Shown here one piece after another: positions 47,013 to 59,925 of a DNA stretch of 64,000 bases. The stretch is from Squalus acanthias (lineage: Eukaryota), in contig JASTWF010000328.1 in the NCBI GenBank assembly GCA_030390025.1, positions 186,001 through 250,000 of the forward strand. The letters are read 5' to 3'. The translations under genes were made by a program, and so were the position numbers. The notes below the pieces were generated by a model. That model had not been told where the DNA came from. It made no database searches and saw only the letters and a program-made list of their open reading frames with translations. Each line of letters starts with the position of its first letter. Position 1 is the first letter of the stretch.

Positions 47013-47444
47013 TCGTATAGAGTCAGACAGAGAGCGTGATCGGGCGGCTCCGGCGGGGAGTTCACTAAAAACCACCCAGCGGGCGGTGAAATGAGCCGCT
47101 CCGGGTCACGGTGAGACCCGCCATCCTTTCCCACCCTGAGAGGGCGGCGATCGAGCAGGAAAGTGTCGGAGGAAAGGCCTGAGCGCCCAGGCCGCGGTGT
47201 GTCTCCTCCCCCCACCCCGCTCTCTCTCTCTCTCTCTCTCTCTCTCCTCGCTTCCCTGAGCTGCCCGGAGTGGGTTGACTGGGTGATTGAGGGTGGCGGG
47301 GGAGAGAAAGTCTCCCCTGTCCCCGGGGAGATCCGCGCTCCTGTCCTCAGGGCCACAACATCGAGAGTCAGCGGCCAGACATCCGAGGAAACCCAGGCAG
47401 AGAGGAGCTGCGGGAAGGAGGGAGGAGGTGTGTGTGTGTGTGCT

Positions 47445-47723
47445 AGGCCGCTGTAGCAGAGCCTGGTCTCCAATCGTCTTGGATCCCCTAGCCATCGGAC
47501 CAAGACCTTGGTCTGTCAAGCCCGTGTGCTGGCTGGTGTGCAACGGCCACCCCACGTTAAAAGAATTCACGCACAGGCATCTTCCACCCTTTAAAATGAA
47601 GTTCGGGACCTGGAACATCAGGACCCTCATGGCTCGCATTAGACTCATCAGTCACCTGGGAACTCATTTTTAACGTGGAAGCAAGTCATCCTCGGTTCCG
47701 AGGGACTGCCTAAGAAGAAGAAG
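47445..47723 (+). mobile_element. Internally deleted (bipartite) RTE-type non-autonomous element
   Basis: 5' UTR + MKFGTWNIRTLM (APE start) fused to ARIRLISHLGTHF* (RTE C-terminus), 3' UTR ..gagggactgcct and (aag)n tail. The 5' boundary is approximate. Confidence 0.75.
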
Positions 47724-47828
47724 AGCAGCAGAGGGTCACTCCGGCCAGACAGCAGCAGAGGGTCGCTCCGGCCAGACAGCAGCAGAGGGTCGCTCCGGCC
47801 AGACAGCAGCAGAGGGTTGCTCCGGCCA
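47724..47828. repeat. 27-bp tandem repeat x4
   Basis: gcagcagagggtcgctccggccagaca. Confidence 0.9.
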
Positions 47829-48425
47829 GCCCACACCATCGGGCTGCTGTGTGACTTAGAGGGGAAGTTCGAGCCGATGGTGTTCTCATGCACCTTCCGC
47901 CCTTGTCTTTCTGGGTGCTGTGATCTATTACCTATAAGACAGTGTTTAGGTTTGCACAGGGACTGGGAGCAAAATGATCCTGATTATAACATTTTAAGCA
48001 GAGTGAAAAAATAGTTTTGTATTGCAGTATTAATAAAGGGTTCTGTGTCAAAGCTGGAACACTAGGATGTTCCCTGGAGGTATGTTAAGATAGAATCTAT
48101 ATCAATACATTTAAGGAATAGGAAAGGAAATAGCACATTTCTCGGTGGGTTTTTCAGGCTATCGAGCAGGGGAGATGAGATAGAGAGCGAGGACTGTGTT
48201 GTGAGTAAACTCCTGGAATCTGTATTTCGAAGTCAAATTATTGAAAATTTGCAGATACAGTCGATGATCAGGGGAGGCTGGAAATGATAAGCTGCAGACA
48301 AGTCGTGTTTGACAAATTTTCACACTGTTTTTAAGAATTGTCTATATAAATCGATGGAATGAAACACATGCGATGTCTGTGGGTTTTCAGAAGGTGTTTG
48401 TTGATGTGGTTCTTTGTGTTCACAG

Positions 48426-48592
48426 ATCCGAACTCGACAATCAATAAATTCTTGACAAAGTGTGACGATTACCAGCTGTTCCAGTTGGCGAAATTCTACC
48501 AGGACAGACTGGAACAGGCGATTGAAGAGGGTGTGGAGGGACTCGGTCTCTGGTTAACAGGCGAGGACCATTTCAGTGGACAAGAGTATCAC
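48426..48592 (+). CDS. Coding exon resembling the N-terminal helical (death-fold-like) region of shark NLR (NACHT-LRR) proteins
   Basis: gttcacag acceptor (phase 1), DPNSTINKFLTKCDDYQLFQLAKFYQDRLEQAIEEGVEGLGLWLTGEDHFSGQEYH, CAC|gtaagt donor. Family assignment is from recall; no NACHT exon was seen in the window. Confidence 0.6.
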
Positions 48593-49914
48593 GTAAGTGG
48601 GAGGGACACAGAATGAGTTTAGATTATTCTAACATCACATTACTGACAAAATATCCTAACATAAGTACGAAAGAATCGCCAGATGAAGAAAGACCGAGGT
48701 CTGTGTAACTCCCCTCCAACATCCTGGTATCGAATGCTACAATGATAATGGAGTTGTTGACTAATCGATCTCTTATCAATTAATCTACAACAGACCCAGA
48801 CATGAGTTGAGTAAAACCCCAGAGGTGGAGAGCTCTGGGAACCGGAGATCCAAAGGCACCTGTTCCTCCCAAGCATGCTGCACTTACCACATCTCATATC
48901 TCAAATTACTCATATACTGCATCGCAAAATGTGATTTTTCTGAAATAAATCTATCTAATTTACATTTGAATATTAATATTAACTGCTTCCGCCATCTCCC
49001 TAGGGAGCCTGTTTCCCAGATTAACCTGTCGCTCACTGAAATATTGTTTCCACAGACTAGTTTTGAATTTACCCTCCAAGCGCAGGCCGCGTCCTCTGAT
49101 TCTACTATACTGGACAAAGTGAAACAGCGATCATATCACCTCTCAACATTCTCTCTTCCAGTGAGAACATGTTCAATTTACACAATCCTCCTATTCCAAC
49201 CCCTCCACTCTCTCAATCACTCTAGTTGCTCTCTTCAATAGTTGTGATAACCTTTTTGTACTGAGGCAATCAGAACTGTCCACAGTTTACTCAGTGCTGT
49301 CACACCAATGGTTAATAAAGTAGCGGGATTATCTCACTACGTCTGCTGAATATTGACCTGTTAGCACATCCAAAATCTGATTTGCTTTCCTCACTGCCAC
49401 TGAAAATTGCTGCAATACCAAAACTTGGAATCATGAAATTTACAGAATAAAAAAGGGCAAAATAGGAAAGAAATGCATAAAACTGCAAATATTATGAATC
49501 TGAAACAATGAAACAAAGAGGTGAAAATACCAAAGGGTTCGGTCGGTATCTGTACAAAGGAGATGGTAATGGTTCGGGTATAACTCTTGTGTGGACTGAA
49601 AACAAAGGGAAAAGGTTTTAGTGGGACTGGGAAAAGGAGAGACCAGAGGCAACAGACAGGAGTTAGAGGGAAGGCAATGAGCTGAGTGACCAGGAAACTA
49701 CTTAATAGTAAATCAGGGAAATGTTAGATGACACAAAAAAATCCCCTGTGGCTTAAACAAAAGACATTTTAAACTAAAGAGTTCAAATGGTGAAAATGTA
49801 TGAAACCCAAACCGGACAAATAACCCCAAAAAACTGTATTGATGGAAAAACCAGAGCGATCCCCCATTGATACTGTGTAAGTGTTTGTTTTCCCCTCCCT
49901 GAGTCACCGAGTGT

Positions 49915-50418
49915 AATCCCCACATCCCACCCACTACCCATTACCGTTAATATCCCACCAAGTCTAATCCCAACCTCCTGCTCACTGCCCATTACCGTTA
50001 ATATCCCACCGAGTCTTATCCCAACCTCCTGCTCATTACCCATTACTGTTAATATCCCACCGAGTCTTATCTCAACCTCCTGCTCACTGCCCATTACCGT
50101 TAATATCCCACCCAGTCTAATCCCAACCTCCTGCTCACTACCCATTACCGTTAATATCCCACCGAGTCTTATCCCAACCTCCTGCTCACTGCCCATTACC
50201 GTTAATATCCCACCCAGTCTAATCCCAACCTCCTTCTCACTGCCCATTACCGTTAATATCCCACCTAGTCTAATCCCAACCTCCTGCTCACTGCCCATTA
50301 CTGTTAATATCCCACCTAGTCTAATCCCAACCTCCTGCTCACTGCCCTTTTCCGTTAATATTCCACCTAGTCTAATCCCAACCTCCTGCTCACCATCCAA
50401 TACCGTTAATATCCCATC
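49915..50418. repeat. 51-bp minisatellite (~10 units)
   Basis: cccattaccgttaatatcccaccgagtctaatcccaacctcctgctcactg. Confidence 0.95.
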
Positions 50419-53400
50419 TAGGAGTGCAGCATAAACGTGGGCATGGACTGGTTGGACCGAATGGTCTGTATCTGCTGTGTGTGATCCTGGAGTGCAGCAT
50501 AAACCCGGGCATGGACTGGTTGTGCCGAATGCTCTGTGTCTGTGCTGTGTGATCCTGGAGTGCAGCATAAACCTGGGCATGGACTGGTTGGGCCGAATGC
50601 TCTGTGTGTGATCTAGATAAGGGAACTAAATGTAATATCTCCAAGTTTGCAGATGACACAAAGCTGGGTGGGCGTGTGTGCTGCGAGGAGGATTCCGAGA
50701 AACTCCAGGATGATTTGGACAGGTTGGGTGAGTGGGCAGAAGCGTGGCAGTTGCAATATAACATGGATAAATGCGAGGTTATCCACTTTGGTGTCAAAAA
50801 CAGAAAGGCAGACTATTATCTGAATGGCAATAGATTGGGAGAAGGGGAAGTGCAACGAGACCTGGGTGTCCTTGTGCACCAGTCGCTGAAGGTAAGCATG
50901 CAGGTGTAGCAGGCGGTGAAGAAGGCAAATGGTATGTTGGCCTTCATAGCGAGAGGGTTGGAGTACAGGAACAGGGATGTCCTGCTGCAGTTGTACAGGG
51001 CCTTGGTGAGACCACACCTTGAGTATTGTGTGCAGTTTTGGTCGCCTTATCTGAGGAAGGATGCTCTTGCCATGGAAGGAGTTCAGCGAAGATTCACAAG
51101 GCTGATACCTGGGATGGCAGGAATGACATATGAGGAGAGATTGGGTCGATTGGGCTTATACTCGCTGGAGTATAGAAGAATGAGAGGGGATTTCATCGAA
51201 ACATATAAAATTCTGACAGGTCTGGACAAACTAGATGCAGAAGAATGTTCCCGATGGTCGGAGAGTCCAGAACCAGGGGTCATAATCTAAGGATAAGGGG
51301 TAAGCCATTTAGGACAGAAATGAGGAAGAATTTCTTCACCCAGAGAGTGGTGAACCTGTGGAATTCTCTACCACAGAAGGTAGTTGAGGCCAAGTCATTA
51401 AATATATTCAAGAAGGAGTTAGATATATTTCTTAAAGCTAAAGGTATCAAGGGATATGAGGAGAAGGCAGGTACAGGGTACTGAGTTTGGATGATCAGCC
51501 ATGATCTCATCGGATGGCGGAGCAGGCTTGAGGGGCTGAATGGCCTACTCCTGCTCCTATCTTCTATGTCTATGTCGGTTCTAAACCCGGGCATGGACTG
51601 GTTGGGCCGAATGCTCTGTGTCTGTGCTCTGTGTGATCCTGGAGTGCAGCATAAACCCGGGCATGGACTGGTTGGACCGAATGCTCTGTGTCTGTGCTCT
51701 GTGTGATCCTGGAGTGCAGCATAAACCCGGGCATGGACTGGTTGGGTCGAATGCTCTGTGTCTGTGCTCTGTGTGATCCTGGAGTGCAGCATAAACCCGG
51801 GCATGGACTGGTTGGACCGAATGCTCTGTGTCTGTGTTGTGTGTATGATCCTGGAGTGCAGCATAAACCCGGGCATGGACTGGTTGGGCCGAATGCTCTG
51901 TGTCTGTGTTGTGTGTGATCCTGGAGTGCAGCATAAACCCGGGCATGGACCGGTTGGGCCGAATGCTCTGTGTCTGTGTGTGATCCTGGAGTGCAGCATA
52001 AACCCGGGCATGGACTGGTTGGACCGACGGCTCCGTGTCTGTGTTGTGTGTGATCCTGGAGTGCAGCACAAACCCGGGCATGGACTGGTTGGACCGAATG
52101 CTCTGTGTCTGTGCTCTGTGTGTGATCCTGGAGTTCAGCATAAACCCGGGCATGGACTGGTTGGGTCGAATGCTCTGCGTCTGTGTTGTGTGTGATCCTG
52201 GAGTGCAGCATAAACCCGGGCATGGACTGGTTGGGTCGAATGGTCTGTGTTGTGTGTGATCCTGGAGTGCAGCATAAACCCGGGCGAGGAGTGGTTGGGC
52301 CGAATGCTCTGTGTGTGATCTAGATAAGGGAACTAAATGTAATATCTCCAAGTTTACAGATGACACAAAGCTGGGTGGGCGTGTGTGCTGCGAGGAGGAT
52401 ACCGAGAAACTCCAGGATGATTTGGACAGGTTGGGTGAGTGGGCAGAAGCGTGGCAGTTGCAATATAACATGGATAAATGCGAGGTTATCCACTTTGGTG
52501 TCAAAAACAGAAAGGCAGACTATTATCTGAATGGCAATAGATTGGGAGAAGGGGAAGTGCAACGAGACCTGGGTGTCCTTGTGCACCAGTCGCTAAAAGT
52601 AAGCATGCAGGTGTAGCAGGCGGTGAAGAAGGCAAATGGTATGTTGGCCTTCATAGCGAGAGGGTTTGAGTACAGGAACAAGGATGTCCTGCTGCAGTTG
52701 TACAGGGCCTTGGTGAGACCGCACCTTGAGTATTGTGTGCAGTTTTGGTCGGCTTATCTGAGGAAGGATGTTCTTGCCATGGAAGGAGTTCAGCGAAGAT
52801 TCACAAGGCTGATACCTGGGATGGCAGGAATGACATATGAGGAGAGATTGGGTCGATTGGGCTTATACTCGCTGGAGTATAGAAGAATGAGAGGGGATTT
52901 CATCGAAACATATAAAATTCTGACAGGTCTGGACAAACTAGATGCAGGAAGAATGTTCCCGATGGTCGGAGAGTCCAGAACCAGGGGTCACAGTCTAAGG
53001 ATAACGGGTAAACCATTTAGGACAGAAATGAGGAAGAATTTCTTCACCCAGAGAGTGGTGAACCTGTGGAATTCTCTACCACAGAAGGTAGTTGAGGCCA
53101 AGTCATTAAATATATTCAAGAAGGAGTTAGATATATTTCTTAAAGCTAAAGGGATCAAAAAGGGGGGTAGGGAAAAAGCAGGTAATTACAGACCTGTAAG
53201 CCTTACATCAGTTGTGGGCAAAATGCTGGAGTCCATCATTAAGGATGAAATAGCAGAGCACTTAGCAAATGGGGACAGAATAGGACAGAGGCAACATGGA
53301 TTTACAAAGGGTAAATCGTGCTTGACTAATCTATTGGAATTTTTTGAGGGAGTAACTGGTAAAATAGATGGGGGAGAGCCAGTAGATGTGGTGTACCTGG

Positions 53401-56400
53401 ACTTCCAAAAGGCCTTCGATAAGGTCCCACATAAAAGATTAGCATGGAAAATTGAAGCTCATGGGATAAAGGGGAAAGTATTGACGTGGATAGAGAACTG
53501 GCTGTCAGATAGAAAACAGAGAGTTGGAATAAACGGCTCATTTTCTGAATGGCAGGCAGTAACAAGTGGGGTACCACAGGGATCTGTCCTGGGTCCCCAG
53601 CTGTTCACAATTTATATTAATGACCTGGATCAGGGAGTCGAATGCAGCATTTCCAAATTTGCAGACGACACTAAACTAGGAGGGGGGGTGGGCTCAGAGG
53701 AGGAGACCAGGAAGCTCCAGAGCGATTTGGACAGACTGGGTGATTGGGCAGATAAATGGCAGATGCACTATAATGTGGACAAGTGCGAAGTTATCCACCT
53801 TGGGTGCAGGAACGGGAGGGCAAATTATTATTTAAATGGCAATAAATTGGGAGAGGGGGAAGTACAGAGAGACCTGGGTGTTCTTGTACACCAGTCACTG
53901 AAGGCGAGCATGCAGGTGCAACAGGCGGTCAAGAAGGCAAACGGTATGCTGGCCTTCATAGCAAAAGGGTTGGAATACAGGAACAGGGATACCTTGCTGC
54001 AGCTGTACAGGGCACTGGTGAGACCACACCTCGAGTACTGTGTACAGTTTTGGTCGCCTCATCTGAGGAAAGATGTTCTTGCCATGGAGGGGGTGCAGCG
54101 GCGATTCACCAGGCTGATACCAGGAATGGCGGGATTGACCTATGAGGAGAGACTATGTAGTTTAGGGATGTACACACTGGAGTTTAGAAGATTGAGAGGG
54201 GACCTCATAGAAGTGTATAAAATTCTGACAGGTCTAGACAGACTAGATGCAGAAGGAATGTTTCCCTTGGCGGGTGAGAACAGAACTAGAGGACATAATT
54301 TAAGGATAAGGGCTAAACTATTTAGGACAGAAATGAGGGGGAATTTCTTCACTCAGAGGGTGGTGAACCTGTGGAACTCATTGCCACAGAGGGCAGTGTA
54401 CGCCAGCTCATTAAATATATTTAAGAGGGAATTAGATATATTTCTACAGGCAAAAGGGGTTAAGGGTTACGGAGAGAAGGCGGGGACGGGATACTGAATT
54501 GGAGGATCAGCCATGATCTCATTAAATGGCAGAGCAGGCTTTAGGGGCTGAATGGCCTACTCCTGCTCCTATCTTCTATGTCTATGTCGGTTCTAAATGT
54601 GGGCATGGACTGGTTGGGCCGAATGCTCTGTGTCTGTGTTGTGTGTGATCCTGGAGTGCAGCATAAACCCGGGCATGGACTGGTTGGACCGAATGCTCTG
54701 TGTCTGTGCTCTGTGTGATCCTGGAGTGCAGCATAAACCTGGGCATGGACTGGTTGGACCGAATGCTCTGTGTCTGTGCTGTGTGTGATCCTGGAGAGCA
54801 GCATAAACCCAGGCATGGACTGGTTGGGCCGAATGCTCTGTGTCTGTGCTGTGTGTGATCCTGGAGAGCAGCATAAACCCGGGCATGGAATGGTTGGGCC
54901 GAATGCTCTGTGCCTGTGCTGTGCATGATCCTGCAGTGCAGCATAAACCCGGGCATGGACTGGTTGGACCGAATGCTCTGTGTCTGATCCTGGAGTGTAG
55001 CATAAACCCGGGCATATACTAGTTGGGTTGAATGCTCTGTGTCTGTGCTGTGTGTGATCCTGGAGTGCAGCATAAACCCGGGCATGGACTGGTTGGGCCG
55101 AATGCTCTGTGTCTGTATTGTGTGTGATCCTGGAGTGCAGCATAAACCCGCGCATGGACTAGTTGGGCCAATTGCTCTGTGTCTGTGCGATCCTGGCATG
55201 CAGCATAAACCCGGGCATGGACTGGCTGGGCCGAATGCTCTGCCTCTGTGTTGTGTGTGATCCTGGAGTGCAGCATAAACCCGGGCAAGGAGTGGTTGGG
55301 CCGAATGCTGTCTGTGTGCTCTAGATAAGGAACTAAATGTAATATCTCCAAGTTTGCAGATGACACAAAGCTGGGTGGGTGTGTGTGCTGCGAGGAGGAT
55401 TCCGAGAAACCCCTAGGATGATTTGGACAGGTTGGGTGAGTTGTCAGAATCGTGGCAGATGCAATATAACGTGGATAAATGCGAGGTTATCCACATTGGT
55501 GTCAGAAACTGAAAGGCAGACTATTATCTGAATGGCAATAGATTGGGAGAAGGGGAAGTGCAACGAGACCTAGGTGTCCTTGTACACCAGTCGCTGAAGG
55601 TAAGCATGCAGGTGTAGCAGGCGGTGAAGAAGGCAAATGGTAGGTTGGCCTTCATAGCGAGAGGGTTTGAGTACAGCAACAAGGATGTCCTGCTGCAGTT
55701 GTACAGGGCCTTGGTGAGACCACACCTTGAGTATTGTGTGCAGTTTTGGTCGCCTTATCTGAGGAAGGATGTTCTTGCCATGGAAGGAGTTCAGCGAAGA
55801 TTCACAAGGCTGATACCTGGGATGGCATGAATGACATATGAGGAGAGATTGGGTCGATTGGGCTTATACTCGCTGGAGTATAGAAGAATGAGAGGGGATT
55901 TAATCGAAACATATAAAATTCTGACAGGTCTGGACAAACTAGATGCAGAAGAATGTTCCCGATGGTCGGAGAGTCCAGAACCAGGGGTCACAGTCTAAGG
56001 ATAAGGGGTAAGCCATTTAGGACAAAAATGAGGAAGAATTTCTTCACCCAGAGAGTGGTGAACCTGTGGAATTCTCTTCCACAGAAGGTAGTTGAGGCCA
56101 AGTCATTAAATATATTCAAGAAGGAGTTAGATATATTTCTTAAAGCTAAAGGTATCAAGGGATATGGGGAGAAGGCAGGTACAGGGTACTGAGTTTGGAT
56201 GATCAGCCATGATCTCATCGAATGGCGGAGCAGGCTTGAGGGGCTGAATGGCCTACTCCTGCTCCTATCTTCTATGTCTATGTCGGTTCTAAATGTGGGC
56301 ATCGACTGGTTGGGCCGAATGTTCTGTGTCTGTGCTCTGTGTGATCCTGGAGTGCAGCATAAACCCGGGCATGGACTGGTTGGGCCGAATGCTCTGTGTC

Positions 56401-57020
56401 TTTTGTGTGTGATCCTGGAGTGCAGCATAAACCTGGGCATGGACTGGTTGGGCCGAATGCTCTGTGCCTGTGTTGTGCATGTGATCCTGCAGTGCAGCAT
56501 AAACCCGGGCATGGACTGGTTGGACCGAATGCTCTGTGTCTGATCCTGGAGTGTAGCATAAACCCGGGCATATACTAGTTGGGTTGAATGCTCTGTGTCT
56601 GTGCTGTGTGTGTGATCCTGGAGTGCAGCATAAACCCGGGCATGGACTGGTTGGGCCGAATGCTCTGTGCCTGTGTTGTGCATGTGATCCTGCAGTGCAG
56701 CATAAACCCGGGCATGGACTGGTTGGACCGAATGCTCTGTGTCTGATCCTGGAGTGTAGCATAAACCCGGGCATATACTAGTTGGGTTGAATGCTCTGTG
56801 TCTGTGCTGTGTGTGTGATCCTGGAGTGCAGCATAAACCCGGGCATGGACTGGTTGGACCGAATGCTCTGTGTCTGATCCTGGAGTGTAGCATAAACCCG
56901 GGCATATACTAGTTGGGTTGAATGCTCTGTGTCTGTGCTGTGTGTGTGATCCTGGAGTGCAGCATAAACCCGGGCATGGACTGGTTGGGCCGAATACTCT
57001 TTGTCTATGCCCTGTGTGTG
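50419..57020 (+). repeat. Composite tandem array: ~60-72 bp satellite blocks alternating with three duplicated CR1 3' fragments
   Basis: Satellite gatcctggagtgcagcataaacccgggcatggactggttgggccgaatgctctgtgtctgtg.. at 50419-50608, 51583-52315, 54593-55320 and 56291-57020. CR1 pieces at ~50609-51577, 52317-54588 and 55321-56285. Confidence 0.93.
53158..54588 (+). mobile_element. Second, distinct CR1 RT segment joined in frame into the middle duplicated CR1
   Basis: KKGGREKAGNYRPVSLTS..KAFDKV..FADDTK..VQQAVKK (no premature stop) to TGA at 54497. Confidence 0.85.
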
Positions 57021-57129
57021 AAACAAAAGATGGCTGGTGAATGGCTCTGCCAGCGCATTTCACACTTCGAGAGCCATCTTTTGTTTCTTAACCTGTCCTA
57101 TTAACATCTCGTCTCGCCTTGTGTATCTC

Positions 57130-57330
57130 TTAATGTCTCTTTACTTCTCACTGACCTTCCCTTTTGTTCTTTTATTCCCTCCCCCAGCCTCCAAACTTGC
57201 TTTTTCATCTATTTCATTTCCTGTTTTTATTCTCAGTTCTGACGAAGGGTCTTCGACCTGAAACGTTAACTCTGTTTCTCTCTCCACGGATGCTGCCTGG
57301 CCTGCTGAGTTTTTCCAGCTTTCTGTTGTT
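57130..57330 (+). mobile_element. Short Penelope-derived repeat with HHR-like core (57239-57270)
   Basis: CTGACGAAGGGTCTTCGACCTGAAACGTTAAC; matches 32650-32855 in the opposite orientation. Confidence 0.65.
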
Positions 57331-58124
57331 GTTGCTGGATTTACTGAGTTATTTTCTATCAGTAAATCTATTTCTGAATTTCATGATGGCAGTTGAATTA
57401 AATGATTATCGTTTAAGTATAAACTGATAAAATGAGATGTAAATCTTATATTTGAATGATTATTAGTAAAATTATTTTGTGTTGTCAGAAAAAAGTTTCC
57501 TGTTGGTCCCATGATCCAGGTGTATAGATACATACAATTCAATAACAGTAACAGATTTAGATGGTTTAAGACAATCTGATTTTCAGCGGTCACAGGGTGT
57601 ATCTCCAACAATGCGACTATTTTATTGATGTATTTCTGTAGATGCGGCGCTGCTTAATGTTCTGTACAGCTGGAACTGACGGTGGATTCAGTAAACCCGC
57701 AGTGTCAGGTCTGGTGGTGTAAAAATCCGTTATTGGAATCGCAGCTTCATGTTTATAAACACTGTCTGAATGTTCAGAGTTAATGTTCTGAACTAAACTC
57801 CGAACATGTGATGTTGGTTTTGTTATTTCCGTTTTCAGTTATTTTCGGTGAGTGATTTCCTCTATTGCCAGGGTAACAAACTGTCAGCTCTCAGTACAAG
57901 AGGCCTTGGCTCCAATTTATATCCGAAAGACCGTGAAACATTGTGTAAACTCCAGTCTGTGTACTCGGCAGTCCAGGAGTAGGAACCTGTTGTTTCTGAG
58001 CAGTAGGTTATGTAGATATATATAATTCGTAAGACTTCCTCTTGCCATGGTTTAGTAACAGTTCTTTTTAAATTTGATAACCTCTGTCACTATATATTTT
58101 GAGTTGGGAATATTGTTCCACATG

Positions 58125-58920
58125 TTATTCAGTTCTGGGCACCGCCCCTCAGGAAAGAGAAATTGGCCTTGGAGGGGATGCAGTGCCGATTCATCGGAGT
58201 GATACCTGAGCTAAAAGGGTTAAATTATGAGGACAGGTTGCAAAGACTAGGCTTGTATTCCCTTGAATACAGAAGATCAAGGGGTGATCTAATTGAGGTG
58301 TTTAAGATGATTAAAGGATTTGATAGGATAGATAGAGAAAAACTAATTTTCTTCTGGTGGGGGAGTCCTGAACAATGAGGCATAAACTTCAGATTAGAGC
58401 TAGGCCGTTAAGGGGTGATAGAACCATAGAATCATCGTCATGGCACAGTAGAAGGCCATTCGGCCCGTGCCAGCTCTCTGCAAGAGCACTTCAGCTCAAT
58501 CCCCCGCCCTTTCTCCGTAGCCCTGCAATTTTGTTCAGGTACTTCTCTGGTTCCATTCGGATGGCAGAAAGCATTTCTTCACACAAAGGGTAGTGGAAAT
58601 CTGGAAATCCGCCCACCCCCCCCCACCCCCAAACAAAAAGCTGGTGATGCTGGGGGGTCAATTGAAAATGTCAAAACTGAGATTAATAGATGTTTTTCTC
58701 TCTCCACGGATGGTGCCTGACCTGCTGTGTTTCCAGCATTTTCTGTTATTTTGGATTTCAACATCTACAGTATTTTGCTATTGTATTAATAGATGTTTGT
58801 TGGGCATTAAGGGTTACGGAACCAAGGCAGGTCAATGGAGTTAAGACACAGATCAGCCATGGTCTAAATGAAGGGTGGAACAGACCGGTGGGGCTGAATG
58901 GCCGCCTCCTGTTGCTATGT
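58125..58920 (+). mobile_element. Decayed CR1 3' fragment with small nested repeats
   Basis: ALEGMQCRF..GLNYEDRL..RGDLIEVFK; 3' UTR gggctgaatggccgcctcctgtt. Confidence 0.75.
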
Positions 58921-58949
58921 TCCGATGAAGACCTCCCACCACTGGGGGA

Positions 58950-59240
58950 GCGATAGTGGTGCGTTCGTGCGGCATTACCTTCCCGCGCAGGCGCAGTGCG
59001 CGCCCTTGCTCTCCCGCGCAGGCGCAGTGCCGCTCCCTTGCTGATCCGGGAGTGTGCGGTGGGCGGGGTTTGCTGTGGGCGGTGGGCGGGGTTTGCTGTG
59101 GGCAGTGGGCCGGGTTTGCAGTGTGAGTGATGGTCAGAAACAGGATGGTTGCCCGTGTTACAGGGGTCGCGCTCTGTGACTGAGGGAACTCGGCTCCATT
59201 CAGCTCACGGCCCGACAGCGCGGCTGCTCATCCCAGAGTC
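58950..59240 (+). promoter_or_regulatory. Second CpG-rich promoter-like region
   Basis: Two gcgcaggcgcagtg (NRF1-like), two gggcgggg GC boxes, candidate donor gtgagt at ~59123. Followed by a paralog of the 26.5-kb exon. Confidence 0.55.
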
Positions 59241-59675
59241 TATATCACAGCGAGGGAGGAAGGGGATTCACAGTGTCACAGCTCCGGTTAGTAACTGCGC
59301 AGAGAAAGTGGCGCATTTCCGTCTACAGCAGTGAAAATGCAGAAGTCTCAGTTCTAATGTTTTACATCACAGGGAGGGAGGCAAAAGTGCAACATAACCG
59401 GTTTGTAACTCAGCAGAGAAACGGAGGGGAGATTCCTGTCAGCATCAGCTCCCGGGCAATGAGCTGAACCGGCTCACAATACAGGGGCAGGTCCGGGGGT
59501 GGAGGGCGCGGTGGGTTCATCGGCAGTTTGGACAGAAAATGGCACATTTCCGCCCAGAGCAGGTGAAAATGGGGAAGTCTCAGGCGGCCGGAATTTACTG
59601 TGAGGAAAATCTCCAAACTAAACACATAGCACAGGAACTGACAGTTTGGAGAGGAGGGAGTTAGAATGAAAATAC

Positions 59676-59925
59676 CAGTGAGATCAGACACTGTGTAACC
59701 CGGGGAGGATGGGCCCAGTGAGATCAGACAGTGTGTAACCCGGTGAGGATGGGCCCAGATAGATCAGACAGTGTGTAACCCGGGGAGGATGGGCCCAGTG
59801 AGATCAGACAGTGTGTAACCCGGGGAGGATGGGCCCAGTGAGATCAGACAGTGTGTAACCCGGGGAGGATGGGCCCAGTGTGATCCGACAGTGTGTAACC
59901 CAGGAGGATGGACCCAGTGAGATCA
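59676..59925. repeat. ~39-40 bp minisatellite (~6 units)
   Basis: ccagtgagatcagacagtgtgtaacccggggaggatgggc. Confidence 0.93.

Noticed and set aside
49783..50580. 265-aa repeat ORF (GIRLGGILTVMGSEQEV)n and similar ORFs at 51-57 kb
   Set aside because: Minisatellite translations without gene context.
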